58,018 nt of DNA from Candidatus Omnitrophota bacterium (GCA_043800065.1 JAZDNG010000006.1:1-58018); one strand, 5' to 3'. Positions 31,123 through 41,230 are shown, counted from the stretch's first letter. Program-made: numbers and translations. Notes: generated from the sequence alone by a model not told the origin.

Positions 31123-32484
31123 ATGGCCCAACAGCAAACCGATCTAATGGATAAAATAGTATCATTATGCAAGCGGCGCGGATTCGTGTTTCAATCCAGC
31201 GAAATATACGGAGGCCTGGCGAGCACGTGGGATTACGGGCCGCTTGGTGCCGAGCTTAAGCGTAACCTCAAAGACGCGTGGTGGCGCTCCAACGTTTATG
31301 AGCGCGATGACATAGAAGGACTGGATGCTTCTATTCTTATGCATCCCATGACCTGGATGGCTTCCGGCCACGTTTCCAGCTTTGAAGATACGCTCACCGA
31401 TTGCAAAGGCTGTAAAAAACGTTTTAAGGTCGAAAACCTCGTAAAGAATAAGTGCCCCGAATGCGGCGGGGACGTCACGGAGCCGCGGCAATTTAACCTC
31501 ATGCTCAAAACTCATCTCGGCGCTGTTCTTGATGAAGCAAGTCTCATATACATGAGGCCCGAGACGGCGCAGGGCATCTTTGTAAATTTTCAGAATGTCG
31601 TAAACACCTCCCGAAAAAAGATTCCATTCGGCATAGCGCAGATAGGCAAATCTTTCCGCAACGAAGTCACTACCGGAAATTTCACATTCCGCTCGCGTGA
31701 ATTCGAACAGATGGAGATAGAGTTTTTTGTTAAACCCGGCACAGATGATACGTGGTACGAAAAATGGGTCAACGAGCGGTTCAGCTGGTATACCTCACTC
31801 GGCATAAATAAAGACAGTCTTCGAAAGCGCCAGCATGAAAAAAGCGAGCTCGCGCATTACGCCAAGGCATGCACCGATATAGAATATAAATTCCCGTTCG
31901 GATGGTCAGAGCTCGAGGGTATAGCTAACAGGACGGATTTTGATTTAAAGCAGCATATGAATTTAAGCGGTAAAGACCTGCAGTATTTCGACGAAGAGAC
32001 GAAGGAGAGATATATTCCCTACGTCATAGAGCCGTCAGGAGGCATAGACAGGTCCATCCTGGCATTTCTTGCCGATGCCTACCGCGAGGAAAAAGTGAAC
32101 CCCGCCCCTCGCAAAGACCCTTTTCTTAGCACGAGGGGCGGGGTGAAAGACGAAAAGCGCGTCGTACTCGGCCTTCATAAAAAACTAGCGCCGATAAAAG
32201 CGGCGATCCTCCCGCTTTTAAAGAATAGAGGAGAGGTCGTCAGCATGGCAAAGTCCCTTGCGGCCGATTTAAGGAAATCCTTAAGAGTGATGTATGACGA
32301 TACTGCCTCCATCGGCAGATTGTACCGCCGACAGGACGAAGTGGGTACGCCTTATTGCATTACGATAGACGTAGAGAGTCTTACGGATAAAAAAGTAACG
32401 GTGCGCGACCGCGATACCATGAAACAGGATCGCGTCGCGCTGGATAAGGTCAAAGAATATCTGGAAGAGCAGTTTAACATGTAG
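31123..32484 (+). CDS. glyQS: glycine--tRNA ligase (alpha2 type)
   Basis: KRRGF, DYGPLG, RPETAQGIF, FRNE, YRRQDEVGTPY. Confidence 0.96.
   Translation: MAQQQTDLMDKIVSLCKRRGFVFQSSEIYGGLASTWDYGPLGAELKRNLKDAWWRSNVYERDDIEGLDASILMHPMTWMASGHVSSFEDTLTDCKGCKKRFKVENLVKNKCPECGGDVTEPRQFNLMLKTHLGAVLDEASLIYMRPETAQGIFVNFQNVVNTSRKKIPFGIAQIGKSFRNEVTTGNFTFRSREFEQMEIEFFVKPGTDDTWYEKWVNERFSWYTSLGINKDSLRKRQHEKSELAHYAKACTDIEYKFPFGWSELEGIANRTDFDLKQHMNLSGKDLQYFDEETKERYIPYVIEPSGGIDRSILAFLADAYREEKVNPAPRKDPFLSTRGGVKDEKRVVLGLHKKLAPIKAAILPLLKNRGEVVSMAKSLAADLRKSLRVMYDDTASIGRLYRRQDEVGTPYCITIDVESLTDKKVTVRDRDTMKQDRVALDKVKEYLEEQFNM
32095..32147. repeat. 48-bp in-frame palindromic insertion in glyQS
   Basis: 13-bp arms ACCCCGCCCCTCG (32099-32111) / CGAGGGGCGGGGT (32132-32144); GTGAA at 32095 and 32143. 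Confidence 0.85.
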
Positions 32485-32492
32485 AAAACAGA

Positions 32493-32551
32493 GATACTTC
32501 GGCAGCTACAATCCTCCTATTCGTCGGATTGCTTAAAGCTGCCGCAGTATC
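32493..32551. repeat. CTTCGG...CCGCAG hairpin with TCCTATTCGTC loop
   Basis: GATAC TTCGGCAGCT..CAATCC loop GGATTG..AGCTGCCGCA GTATC. Confidence 0.7.
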
Positions 32552-32589
32552 AAATTTTCTTCGAAAATTTGAAAGTGAGGTCAGTTGAA

Positions 32590-35322
32590 ATGGGCAGTAA
32601 AAGCACAAAATATGTATATTCCTTCGGCGGCGGAAAGGCCGACGGAAATGAATCGATGAAAAATCTCCTGGGCGGCAAAGGCGCAAACCTTGCCGAGATG
32701 GCAGGCCACCTAAAGTTACGGCTTCCTGTGCCCCCCGGGTTCACAATAACGACGGACGTATGCATTCATTATTACAAAAATAAGAAGACATACCCGAAGG
32801 AGTTAAAAGCCCAGGTCACTAAAGCTCTTTCGAAGGTCGAGCATCTCATGGATAAGAAGTTCGGCGATCGGGCAAATCCGCTTTTGGTATCCGTGCGTTC
32901 CGGTGCGCGCAAATCTATGCCCGGAATGATGGAGACGGTTTTGAACGTCGGGTTAACAGAAAAAACGATACCCGGTATCGTAAAACTTTCGGGCGATGAA
33001 AGATTTGTCTACGACGCGTATAGAAGGCTCATCATGATGTACTCCGACGTTGTCATGGAAAAGGCGGCAGGTATTGAGCCGGAAGAGGGTAAAGGCATAA
33101 GAAAGCAGCTCGAAAGCATTATGAACGAGATGAAGAAGTCCAAGAATTACAAAACCGATACTGATTTAAAAGTTGGAGATCTAAAGAAGCTTACGACGCT
33201 CTTTAAAGAAAGAATCAAGAGCGTTTTAAATAAACCATTTCCCGACGATCCCCACGAACAGCTGTGGGGCGCCGTAAGCGCGGTATTCGCGTCATGGAAC
33301 GGAAAGCGCGCTATCGCTTACCGTAAGATCGAGGGCATACCCGATGAATGGGGCACTGCCGTAAACGTGCAGTCGATGGTCTTCGGAAACCTGGGCAACG
33401 AGTCCGCGACAGGTGTCGCGTTTACAAGGGATCCGGGAAACGGCGAAAACAAATTCTACGGCGAATATCTTATAAATGCGCAGGGCGAAGATGTAGTCGC
33501 CGGCACAAGGACACCGTCGCCCATAAATAACGAATCGAGAAGCGACCACAATAAAAAGCTTCCCACGCTGGAAGAGCTGATGCCCAAGGCCTACAAGGAA
33601 CTCTTCGCAATACAGAAAAAACTGGAAAATCACTACAAAGATATGCAGGACATAGAATTCACCATTGAAAAGGGCAGGCTCTTTATGCTGCAATGCCGTA
33701 TCGGCAAACGAAACGGCCCCGCCGCGGTAAGAATTGCGGTTGATATGGTGAAAGAGAAGCTTATAACAAACGAGATGGCAGTAATGCGCGTAACGCCGGC
33801 GCAGATCGATGAGCTTTTACATCCCATGATAGACCCGAAGGCCGAAAAAGACGGTGATCTTATTGCCAAAGGTTTACCCGCCGGCCCCGGCGGCGGCGTC
33901 GGAATGGCAGTATTTACGTCAGAGGATGCCGAGCGATGGGCAAAAGACGGCAAGAAAGTCATTTTAGTCCGTGAAGAGACATCACCCGAAGATGTGCACG
34001 GTATGCACTCAAGCCAGGGCATACTTACGTCGAAAGGCGGCATGACATCGCACGCCGCTCTTGTGGCGCGCGGATGGGGCAAATGTTGCATAGTCGGATG
34101 CGGCTCCATACATATTGAAGAAGGCTCAAGGCGTTTTGTTACCGGCAACACCACTGTAAAAGAAGGCGACTGGATCACATTAAACGGCACTAAGGGCAAT
34201 GTGTATACCGGCGAACTTCCTTTAGTAGAGCCCCATATTGAACGGGATGTATATTTTAATAGTTTCATGAAGATATGCGACGAAGTAAGAAAGATGGATG
34301 TCAGGACCAATGCCGACAGGCCCGAAGACGCCGCGATAGCAAGAAAATTTGGCGCCGAAGGCATAGGACTCTGCCGTACCGAGCATATGTTCTTCGATCC
34401 TGCTCGAATAAAATCTATAAGGAAAATGATCCTGGCTGAAACGACAGCAGCGAGAGAGAGCGCGCTCGCGGAACTCCTGCCTTATCAGAAGGAAGACTTC
34501 AGAGGCATCTTAAAGGCTATGGAAGGCCGCCCTGTCATAATAAGGCTCCTAGATCCGCCTTTACACGAATTCCTGCCGCAGGAAGACGATAAGAAAAAAG
34601 ATCTGGCAAAAGACCTCGGTATTTCGCTGGAAAAACTGGAAGCAAGGATCGCAAAACTGCACGAGCTCAACCCGATGCTTGGCCATCGCGGATGCCGTTT
34701 GGGCGTAACGTATCCGGAGATCACCCGCATGCAGGCCCATGCCGTATTTGAAGCGGCGGCAGAACTTACATTAAAGAGGGTAAAGGTATTTCCGGAAATA
34801 ATGGTTCCGCTCGTCGGATCCGAGACAGAAATAAAAGACCAGTACGATATCATAAAAGCCAAAGCCGAAGAGATCCAGAAGAAGCACAAAGTAAAACTTC
34901 ATTACATGATCGGGACGATGATAGAGATACCGCGCGCCGCGCTTACCGCGGACAAGATCGCTGAAGTCGCGGAGTTTTTTTCGTTCGGAACAAATGACCT
35001 CACGCAGATGACGTTCGGTTTCAGCCGCGACGATATAGGCGGATTCCTGCCGGCTTATCTTGAGAAGAAGATCCTCCCGAAGGATCCGTTCCAGTCTATC
35101 GACCGCGACGGCGTGGGCCAGTTGATAAAGATGGGCATAGAAAAAGGCCGCTTGACAAAGAAGGGTTTGGAAATCGGCATATGCGGGGAGCACGGCGGAG
35201 ACCCGGACAGTATCGAATTCTGTCACATAGTAGGAATGGATTATGTCAGCTGCTCGCCTTACCGCGTCCCGATTGCGCGGCTTTCGGCAGCGCAGGCAGT
35301 GGTGAAGAATAAGAAAAAATAA
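32590..35322 (+). CDS. ppdK: pyruvate, phosphate dikinase
   Basis: LLGGKGANLAEM, GGMTSHAA (phospho-His), GIGLCRTEHMF, SFGTNDLTQ, ICGEHGG. Confidence 0.97.
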   Translation: MGSKSTKYVYSFGGGKADGNESMKNLLGGKGANLAEMAGHLKLRLPVPPGFTITTDVCIHYYKNKKTYPKELKAQVTKALSKVEHLMDKKFGDRANPLLVSVRSGARKSMPGMMETVLNVGLTEKTIPGIVKLSGDERFVYDAYRRLIMMYSDVVMEKAAGIEPEEGKGIRKQLESIMNEMKKSKNYKTDTDLKVGDLKKLTTLFKERIKSVLNKPFPDDPHEQLWGAVSAVFASWNGKRAIAYRKIEGIPDEWGTAVNVQSMVFGNLGNESATGVAFTRDPGNGENKFYGEYLINAQGEDVVAGTRTPSPINNESRSDHNKKLPTLEELMPKAYKELFAIQKKLENHYKDMQDIEFTIEKGRLFMLQCRIGKRNGPAAVRIAVDMVKEKLITNEMAVMRVTPAQIDELLHPMIDPKAEKDGDLIAKGLPAGPGGGVGMAVFTSEDAERWAKDGKKVILVREETSPEDVHGMHSSQGILTSKGGMTSHAALVARGWGKCCIVGCGSIHIEEGSRRFVTGNTTVKEGDWITLNGTKGNVYTGELPLVEPHIERDVYFNSFMKICDEVRKMDVRTNADRPEDAAIARKFGAEGIGLCRTEHMFFDPARIKSIRKMILAETTAARESALAELLPYQKEDFRGILKAMEGRPVIIRLLDPPLHEFLPQEDDKKKDLAKDLGISLEKLEARIAKLHELNPMLGHRGCRLGVTYPEITRMQAHAVFEAAAELTLKRVKVFPEIMVPLVGSETEIKDQYDIIKAKAEEIQKKHKVKLHYMIGTMIEIPRAALTADKIAEVAEFFSFGTNDLTQMTFGFSRDDIGGFLPAYLEKKILPKDPFQSIDRDGVGQLIKMGIEKGRLTKKGLEIGICGEHGGDPDSIEFCHIVGMDYVSCSPYRVPIARLSAAQAVVKNKKK

Positions 35323-35324
35323 CC

Positions 35325-36176
35325 ATGGATGCTATTAAACTGTATCTGAAAGACATAAAAAATATCCCCCTTCTCACGGCGGAAGAAGAGCTGGACCTTG
35401 CCTATAAGATAAAGAAAGGCAGTAAGCCGGCGCGCGCCAAAATGATAAGGTCCAATCTGCGCCTTGTGATAAACATCGCAAAGCGCTACAGCTATCTTGG
35501 CGTGCCTATGATGGACCTTATCGAAGAGGGTAACCTCGGCCTTATGAAGGGCGTCGAGAAATATAACCCCAAGCGGGGTTACAGGTTTTCAACCTATGCC
35601 GCGTGGTGGATAAGGCAGTACATAACCCGCGCCATCGCAAACCAGGGCAAGACCATACGCGTTCCCGTATATATGGTAGAATCCGCGATGCGCTTTAAAA
35701 AAATATCAGAGCAGCTGCAGTTGGAACTCAAGCGCAGGCCCAGATTGGGAGAGATAGCCAGACGAATGAAGCTTTCTCTAAAAAGGGTGCGGCAGCTCGA
35801 CAAGATGGCAGCGAAGATATCGTCACTTAACGCGCCCATAGGCGAAGAGGGCACGGCGGAATTCATGGATCTTATAGAGGATGAAAACACATCTACAGCC
35901 GCCGATGAGCTTGTGGATTTTCTCAAAAAAGAGAAGGTGGGCGAACTTCTAAAACAGATGTCTCCCAGGGAAAGAAAGATCCTTACGCTGCGTTTCGGCT
36001 TAAAAGAGGGCATAACTCGTACGCTAGGGTATACGGCAAAAAGGTTTAATATAACCAGAGAGCGAGTGAGGCAGATAGAGTTCGCGGCAATGAAAAAATT
36101 GCGCGCCTATCTTAAGCAGCAGGAACTTTCCTCACTCCAAAGCGCGCTTATCCCATCCTTAAAAGAAAAGGTGTAA
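35325..36176 (+). CDS. RpoD/SigA-family sigma70 factor lacking region 1.1
   Basis: LYLKDI, NLRLV, DLIEEGNLGL, FSTYAAWWIRQ, TRERVRQIE. Confidence 0.92.
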   Translation: MDAIKLYLKDIKNIPLLTAEEELDLAYKIKKGSKPARAKMIRSNLRLVINIAKRYSYLGVPMMDLIEEGNLGLMKGVEKYNPKRGYRFSTYAAWWIRQYITRAIANQGKTIRVPVYMVESAMRFKKISEQLQLELKRRPRLGEIARRMKLSLKRVRQLDKMAAKISSLNAPIGEEGTAEFMDLIEDENTSTAADELVDFLKKEKVGELLKQMSPRERKILTLRFGLKEGITRTLGYTAKRFNITRERVRQIEFAAMKKLRAYLKQQELSSLQSALIPSLKEKV

Positions 36177-36178
36177 TC

Positions 36179-36706
36179 ATGAATCCCGTGGCGGATGAAT
36201 TGAAAGCGGCGATAAGAGACGTCCCGGACTTTCCTAAAAAAGGCATAATATTTAAAGATATAACACCACTTCTAAAAGATGCCGCGCTTTTTAAAAAAGC
36301 AGTCGACGCGCTTGTCGACCAGTTCAAAGATAAAAAGATCGATAGAGTGGTAAGCGTAGAGTCGAGGGGTTTCATACTTGGGTCCGCGATTGCCTATAAA
36401 CTAGGAGCGAGCTTCATACCCGTTCGCAAAAAAGGAAAGCTGCCCCACCTTACCTATTACGCCGAATATGCGCTCGAGTACGGCACTGATATTCTGGAGA
36501 TGCATCAGGACGCTATACGAAAAGGCGATAAGGTCCTTATAATCGATGACCTTTTGGCTACGGGTGGGACTCTTGGCGCCGCAATAAATCTGGTAGAGAA
36601 GATGGGCGGCGAGATCGCCGGCATAGGATTTCTGATAGAGCTCGCGTTTTTAAAAGGCCGCGAGAAAAACAAGGGCCACGAGATCTTTTCACTTATAAAA
36701 TACTAG
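36179..36706 (+). CDS. apt: adenine phosphoribosyltransferase
   Basis: PDFPKKGIIFKDI, ESRGF, YALEYG, IDDLLATGGT. Confidence 0.97.
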   Translation: MNPVADELKAAIRDVPDFPKKGIIFKDITPLLKDAALFKKAVDALVDQFKDKKIDRVVSVESRGFILGSAIAYKLGASFIPVRKKGKLPHLTYYAEYALEYGTDILEMHQDAIRKGDKVLIIDDLLATGGTLGAAINLVEKMGGEIAGIGFLIELAFLKGREKNKGHEIFSLIKY

Positions 36707-36789
36707 CGAGCGCCTGTCCTCCTTCGCCGAATACTTATTGTGTTCGGCTTCGGAGGACTAGGCTTCTCGTAGGAGAAGTTCGCAGATGT

Positions 36790-36866
36790 GCGCCTGTAGC
36801 TCAGCTGGATAGAGCACAGGTTTCCTAAACCTGGTGTCGCCCGTTCGACTCGGGCCAGGCGCGCCA
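36790..36866 (+). tRNA. tRNA-Arg(CCT)
   Basis: Cloverleaf GCGCCTG/CAGGCGC, anticodon loop TTCCTAA, TTCGA T-loop, encoded CCA. Confidence 0.95.
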
Positions 36867-36894
36867 AATTTTGCGAAGCAAAATTTGATCCCGT

Positions 36895-36943
36895 GACCGA
36901 GGACGAAATGTCCGAGGGAATGCCGAGGCTATCCAGCCGAGGC
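36895..36943. repeat. inverted copy of the 12328-12376 repeat, inside a larger hairpin cluster
   Basis: 43/49 identity; neighbours TTTTGCGAAGCAAAA and ATCCGCCAAAGGCGGAT. Confidence 0.85.
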
Positions 36944-37021
36944 GAGCGCCGTAAAATCCGCCAAAGGCGGATAGGCGCGGAGGGACCATGGAATGTTCCT
37001 CTTTCAAAAAGACAGGATAAT

Positions 37022-37669
37022 ATGATCGACCTGCACACTCACACATTATTAAGCGACGGAGAACTTTTACCGAGCGAGCTGGTGCGGCGAGCGGAGGTAA
37101 GGGGCTATAAGGCCATCGGCATCACAGACCATTGCGACCGGTCAAATATAGATTTTATAGTGCCGCGAATAGTTAAAGTCGCAAAGGCTCTGAACCTCTA
37201 TTGGAAAAATATAAAGGTCATGCCGGGCGTGGAGTTGACGCATGTCCCCCTTGAAGAGATAGCCCCCCTTATAAAATATGCGCGGGGAGAAGGCGCAAAG
37301 GTTATTGTGGTGCATGGCGAAACATTGAGCGAACCCGTTCTTCCCGGTACCAATAGAATGGCCATAGAGAGCGGGGCTGACATACTTGCGCACCCGGGTA
37401 ATATAAGCGAAGAGGATGCCATGCGAGCCGCCAAAAATGGCGTACACCTTGAAATAACCACCCGCAAGAACCATTCGGCTTCCAATAGGCATGTCGCGGA
37501 AATGGCGCGAAAAACAGGCGCCAAACTTATCCTTAATACTGATACCCATAAGCCGGAAGATATTACGACGAAGGCCGATGCCGAGCGTGTTCTCAGTGAG
37601 GCAGGGCTCTCACAACCCGAAATAGAGGAAGTATTTAGGAATTCGGAAATTTTTGCCCAAAGACCTTGA
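37022..37669 (+). CDS. PHP-domain (histidinol-phosphatase-like) protein
   Basis: DLHTH, ITDH, VHGET, LAHPG, NTDTH; real start 37022. Confidence 0.88.
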   Translation: MIDLHTHTLLSDGELLPSELVRRAEVRGYKAIGITDHCDRSNIDFIVPRIVKVAKALNLYWKNIKVMPGVELTHVPLEEIAPLIKYARGEGAKVIVVHGETLSEPVLPGTNRMAIESGADILAHPGNISEEDAMRAAKNGVHLEITTRKNHSASNRHVAEMARKTGAKLILNTDTHKPEDITTKADAERVLSEAGLSQPEIEEVFRNSEIFAQRP

Positions 37670-37693
37670 CAAAAGCCGGTTTTGTGGTATACT
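37666..37693 (+). promoter_or_regulatory. sigma70 promoter for the porin gene
   Basis: TTGACA, 16 bp, TGn-TATACT. Confidence 0.7.
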
Positions 37694-37932
37694 TCTCACA
37701 AAAGGTGGCTTTTTGTATAGTTTTACGTAGTGTTACATCCTAACGCCTATACCGCAATAGGCTCTTTAATCTTGAGACGAAAGGTGGTGAAACCAAAAAC
37801 TCGAAGATGCCTATAAGTTGTGATATAGATATATAAGAGTGTCATCGGGCAAATATATTCTAACGCCCGTTTTAACATAGAGTAATTTTCTTAACAAAAA
37901 TAAAGAAAGCAAAATTTTTAAGGAGGTAAGGC

Positions 37933-39441
37933 ATGAAGTTTTTAAGAGCGTTGTGTTTAGTAGCTCTTTTGGTTGCTATTACTCTCCCTGTATATGCTGA
38001 AACCCAAAGCATAAAACTGAGCGGCGACATCATAACCAGATGGATCGACCGCAAGAATTATGACTTTAACCAGTGGAATGCAAATGGCGTGACATTGCCC
38101 ACAAGAGATTTTAACGCGGCCGATGCCAACTATTTCATGACCACTGCGGAAGTTCAGCTCGATGCGGATCTGACGGATAACGTCTCCGCGACGATCAGGG
38201 TGGTAAACCAGAGAGATTGGAATGTGAGAATATGGAACGCAGCCGATAACACCTATGTTGCTCCGAGCGCAGGCGGTACCGGTATCGCGAATGACGACCA
38301 CTACGGCTCAAACAATGAGTTCAAGCTAGACGTCGACCTTGCTTATGTTACATTGAAAGAATTCTTCTTTGCGCCATTGACAGTAAAGATCGGACGTCAG
38401 GACCTTTGGTACGGTAAGGGATTCATCATAGGGGCCAATGGTTGGCAGGATCCTCAGCATCAATTGTCAGGCGACGAATGGTCAGTTCTTAATGCATTTG
38501 ACGCCGTAAGGGCTACGTGGGATGCTGCTCCTTGGACATTGGATCTTATTTACGCCATGATACTTGAAAACGACATTGGCGCAAATGATGATGAACAGCT
38601 GTATGGAGCAAATCTTGGATGCGACCTGAGCCAGTATAACAATGCCGAAGCCGAACTCTATTATTTTGTAAAAGATGATAGAGCTCTTAGAATGGTAGCC
38701 GGCGGAGGGCCAAGTTCAGCGGTAAAAGAAGGCAATACGGTCCATACTCTAGGTATCAGGGGCAGCTTTGATCCGCACGAAGCCATCACTCTTTGGGCTG
38801 AAGGCGCGATTCAGGTTGGCAATTATTATCGAGGGGTAAATCAGATAGACGAAAGGCCGAGAGCGGCCGGAGCCGTTGATGTCGGAGGCGAGATGAGGCT
38901 TTGGCAGGATCAGTATGCGTGGAAGCCGAAAATCGGCGCAGAGTATATTTACTATTCGGGCGACGATATAGCCGAGGATCGTAATGATACCGACCATCAT
39001 TATAACGGTTGGGACAGGATGTATCGCGGTAAGGTAGACAGCGCAATCCACGAATGGTACAATGTGCTCTACACCAACAGCATAAACAATGCTACAGTCG
39101 CAGATGCCGGAGACACAAACCTCCATCAGTTTATCTTAATGGGTTCATTACAGCCTATGGATAATCTGAAAGTGAACGGCAGATGGATAGATTACTGGCT
39201 GGCTACAAACGCCACGGCAGTGTGGGGCGGCGGAAACAGGCACGTTGGTAATGAGTTGGATGTCGAATTGAACTATGACTATACAGAAGACGTATCATTC
39301 GGCCTTCTGGGCGCATGGTTCTGGTCCGGCGATCATTACATCATACCTGAGCACGAACAGAGGCTCGTTCCGGGCGGTTCGAATAACAAAGCAAAGAACG
39401 TCGCGACGGAACTTGTCGGTACTTGCAAAGTTACGTTCTAA
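37933..39441 (+). CDS. outer-membrane beta-barrel protein (alginate-export-like porin)
   Basis: Signal peptide, LAYVTL, KIGRQDL, GNELD, terminal Phe; strong SD AGGAGG. Confidence 0.8.
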   Translation: MKFLRALCLVALLVAITLPVYAETQSIKLSGDIITRWIDRKNYDFNQWNANGVTLPTRDFNAADANYFMTTAEVQLDADLTDNVSATIRVVNQRDWNVRIWNAADNTYVAPSAGGTGIANDDHYGSNNEFKLDVDLAYVTLKEFFFAPLTVKIGRQDLWYGKGFIIGANGWQDPQHQLSGDEWSVLNAFDAVRATWDAAPWTLDLIYAMILENDIGANDDEQLYGANLGCDLSQYNNAEAELYYFVKDDRALRMVAGGGPSSAVKEGNTVHTLGIRGSFDPHEAITLWAEGAIQVGNYYRGVNQIDERPRAAGAVDVGGEMRLWQDQYAWKPKIGAEYIYYSGDDIAEDRNDTDHHYNGWDRMYRGKVDSAIHEWYNVLYTNSINNATVADAGDTNLHQFILMGSLQPMDNLKVNGRWIDYWLATNATAVWGGGNRHVGNELDVELNYDYTEDVSFGLLGAWFWSGDHYIIPEHEQRLVPGGSNNKAKNVATELVGTCKVTF

Positions 39442-39480
39442 GGCAGTCAGTTAGTTTGTTAGTTGGTTAGTTATTTAGTG

Positions 39481-39519
39481 ATAGAAAGCCCAGCATCAAA
39501 AGTGCTGGGCTTTCTATTT
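39481..39519 (+). terminator. intrinsic terminator
   Basis: ATAGAAAGCCCAGCA-tcaaaag-TGCTGGGCTTTCTAT-TT. Confidence 0.8.
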
Positions 39520-39579
39520 GACAAATAAGGTATAGGCGTTATATACTGATTACAAACCGGCAAAAAATCGGAGGCTGAA

Positions 39580-39897
39580 ATGGCGGAAGATAAAGAAGTC
39601 AAGGACGGTAAGGTATTCGCATTGATGGCGTATCTCGGTATTTTGTGTCTTATACCGCTTGTGGTAAAAAAGGATAATAAGTTTGTCCTCTTTCACGGTA
39701 AGCAAGGATTGGTCCTGCTTATCGGAGAGTTGGCCGCCGGCATAATCGGCATAATCCCGTTCGTCGGCTGGATCGTAGGTTTTATCAGTATTATATTATT
39801 CGGCACGCTTTCGCTCTTGGGAATAGTCCAGGTGCTCATGGGCAATTACTGGAAGATTCCCGTAGTGGCGGACCTCGCCGATAAATTCAATATTTAA
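39580..39897 (+). CDS. DUF4870/Tic20-like membrane protein
   Basis: AYLGILCLIPL, FHGKQGLVL, IPFVGW. Confidence 0.8.
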   Translation: MAEDKEVKDGKVFALMAYLGILCLIPLVVKKDNKFVLFHGKQGLVLLIGELAAGIIGIIPFVGWIVGFISIILFGTLSLLGIVQVLMGNYWKIPVVADLADKFNI

Positions 39898-39898
39898 T

Positions 39899-40810
39899 TT
39901 GGATTACGAGCGATTATTAAAAAATTGCGCCATATGTCCGCGGAAGTGCGGAGTAAACAGGCTAAAGGATGAGCTTGGTTTTTGTAAGGCAGGTAAAGTG
40001 GCCGAGGTCTATTCCGCGCACCTTCATTTGGGCGAAGAGCCCCCAATCTCAGGCCAAAACGGTTCCGGCACCATATTCTTTGCGCATTGTAATCTTCGCT
40101 GCGCATACTGCCAGAATTATCAATTAAGCCAAATTGAAAGCGGAAAGCCATTTGAAACGGAAAATCTGGCTGGCCTAATGCTTTCGCTCCAAAAAGAGAA
40201 AGCGCATAATATCAACCTTGTAACACCCACCCAATATGCGCCGCAAATAATGGCTGCTATTCTACTCGCGCGCAAAGGAGGGCTAAATATACCGATAGTC
40301 TACAATACAAGCGGCTATGAGGGAATATCGACTCTGCAGCTTTTAGAAGGCATTGTCGATGTATACCTTGCCGATATGCGTTACGGCGACAATAAATGCG
40401 CGTCACAGTATTCTGCGGCACCGGATTATGTAGAAGTCAATCAGGCTGCTGTCAAAGAGATGCATAAGCAGATCGGGAATCTAAAGCTGGCGGATAACGG
40501 CATCGCAGTCAGAGGCCTTATCATACGCCACCTTATACTTCCTCATAATATAAGCGGCACAGAGGAGATCCTTAAATTCATATCTTGCTCACTCGGCAAA
40601 AAGACATATATCTCTTTCATGAGCCAGTATTACCCCGCCTACAACGCTTTTAAACACAGCGGGCTTTCCAGACGGATAAACAAAAAAGAGTATGATGAGG
40701 CGATTAAACTTCTGGATAAATACGGCCTTCATAACGGCTGGGTCCAGGAGTACATGGGCGGCTCAGTCGACGAAGGCTTTGCGGGCACGAATATTGTACT
40801 CGATGTGTAA
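39899..40810 (+). CDS. radical SAM protein, PflX-like
   Basis: CAICPRKCGVNR, GEEPPISG, CNLRCAYCQN, NINLVTPT. Confidence 0.88.
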   Translation: MDYERLLKNCAICPRKCGVNRLKDELGFCKAGKVAEVYSAHLHLGEEPPISGQNGSGTIFFAHCNLRCAYCQNYQLSQIESGKPFETENLAGLMLSLQKEKAHNINLVTPTQYAPQIMAAILLARKGGLNIPIVYNTSGYEGISTLQLLEGIVDVYLADMRYGDNKCASQYSAAPDYVEVNQAAVKEMHKQIGNLKLADNGIAVRGLIIRHLILPHNISGTEEILKFISCSLGKKTYISFMSQYYPAYNAFKHSGLSRRINKKEYDEAIKLLDKYGLHNGWVQEYMGGSVDEGFAGTNIVLDV

Positions 40811-40890
40811 CAGTGAACTTGAATTCCGTTCGCTCAGGTAAAATTTTATTCGCTCGTTTGGAATATCAAGTTCAATGTATTACGTGCGGC

Positions 40891-41230
40891 TACACACAAT
40901 ATTGATACTTCTCCGAGCGACTGCGAAATTTAGCTTCGAACGAGTCAAAAAGCGGTTTTTCCCGCATGCGCAGTTGCGCATGCTGCGGGACCCCGACTTG
41001 GCGGGGTAAAAGGGCGAAATCTGTCCGCGGAGCGGTCCCCCCTGCTTCGTTTTGCGAAGCAAAACGGCGGGGATGAGGGTGGCATGGCAATGCCCCCGAG
41101 TTATTTCGCCCCCGCCCCTCACATCTATAGTTTGAGAGGGGTGCCCGAGCAATAGCGAGGGCACTTTTTGACGAAGTGAGAAGCGTTAAGAATTTCGCCG
41201 GAGCGAGGAAAGTATCAATATTGTTGTGTA
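40891..41230. other. ~340-nt highly structured non-coding element with terminal inverted repeats
   Basis: ACAATATTGATACTT (40896-40910) / AAGTATCAATATTGT (41210-41224) enclosing many nested stems. Confidence 0.7.

Noticed and set aside
36790-36866. tRNA as attachment site of an integrated island
   Set aside because: No integrase and no duplicated tRNA 3' end seen in the window
40891-41230. RNase P RNA or tmRNA
   Set aside because: GAGGAAAGT is followed by AT rather than CC and lies at the 3' end; no other conserved RNase P regions or tRNA-like ends
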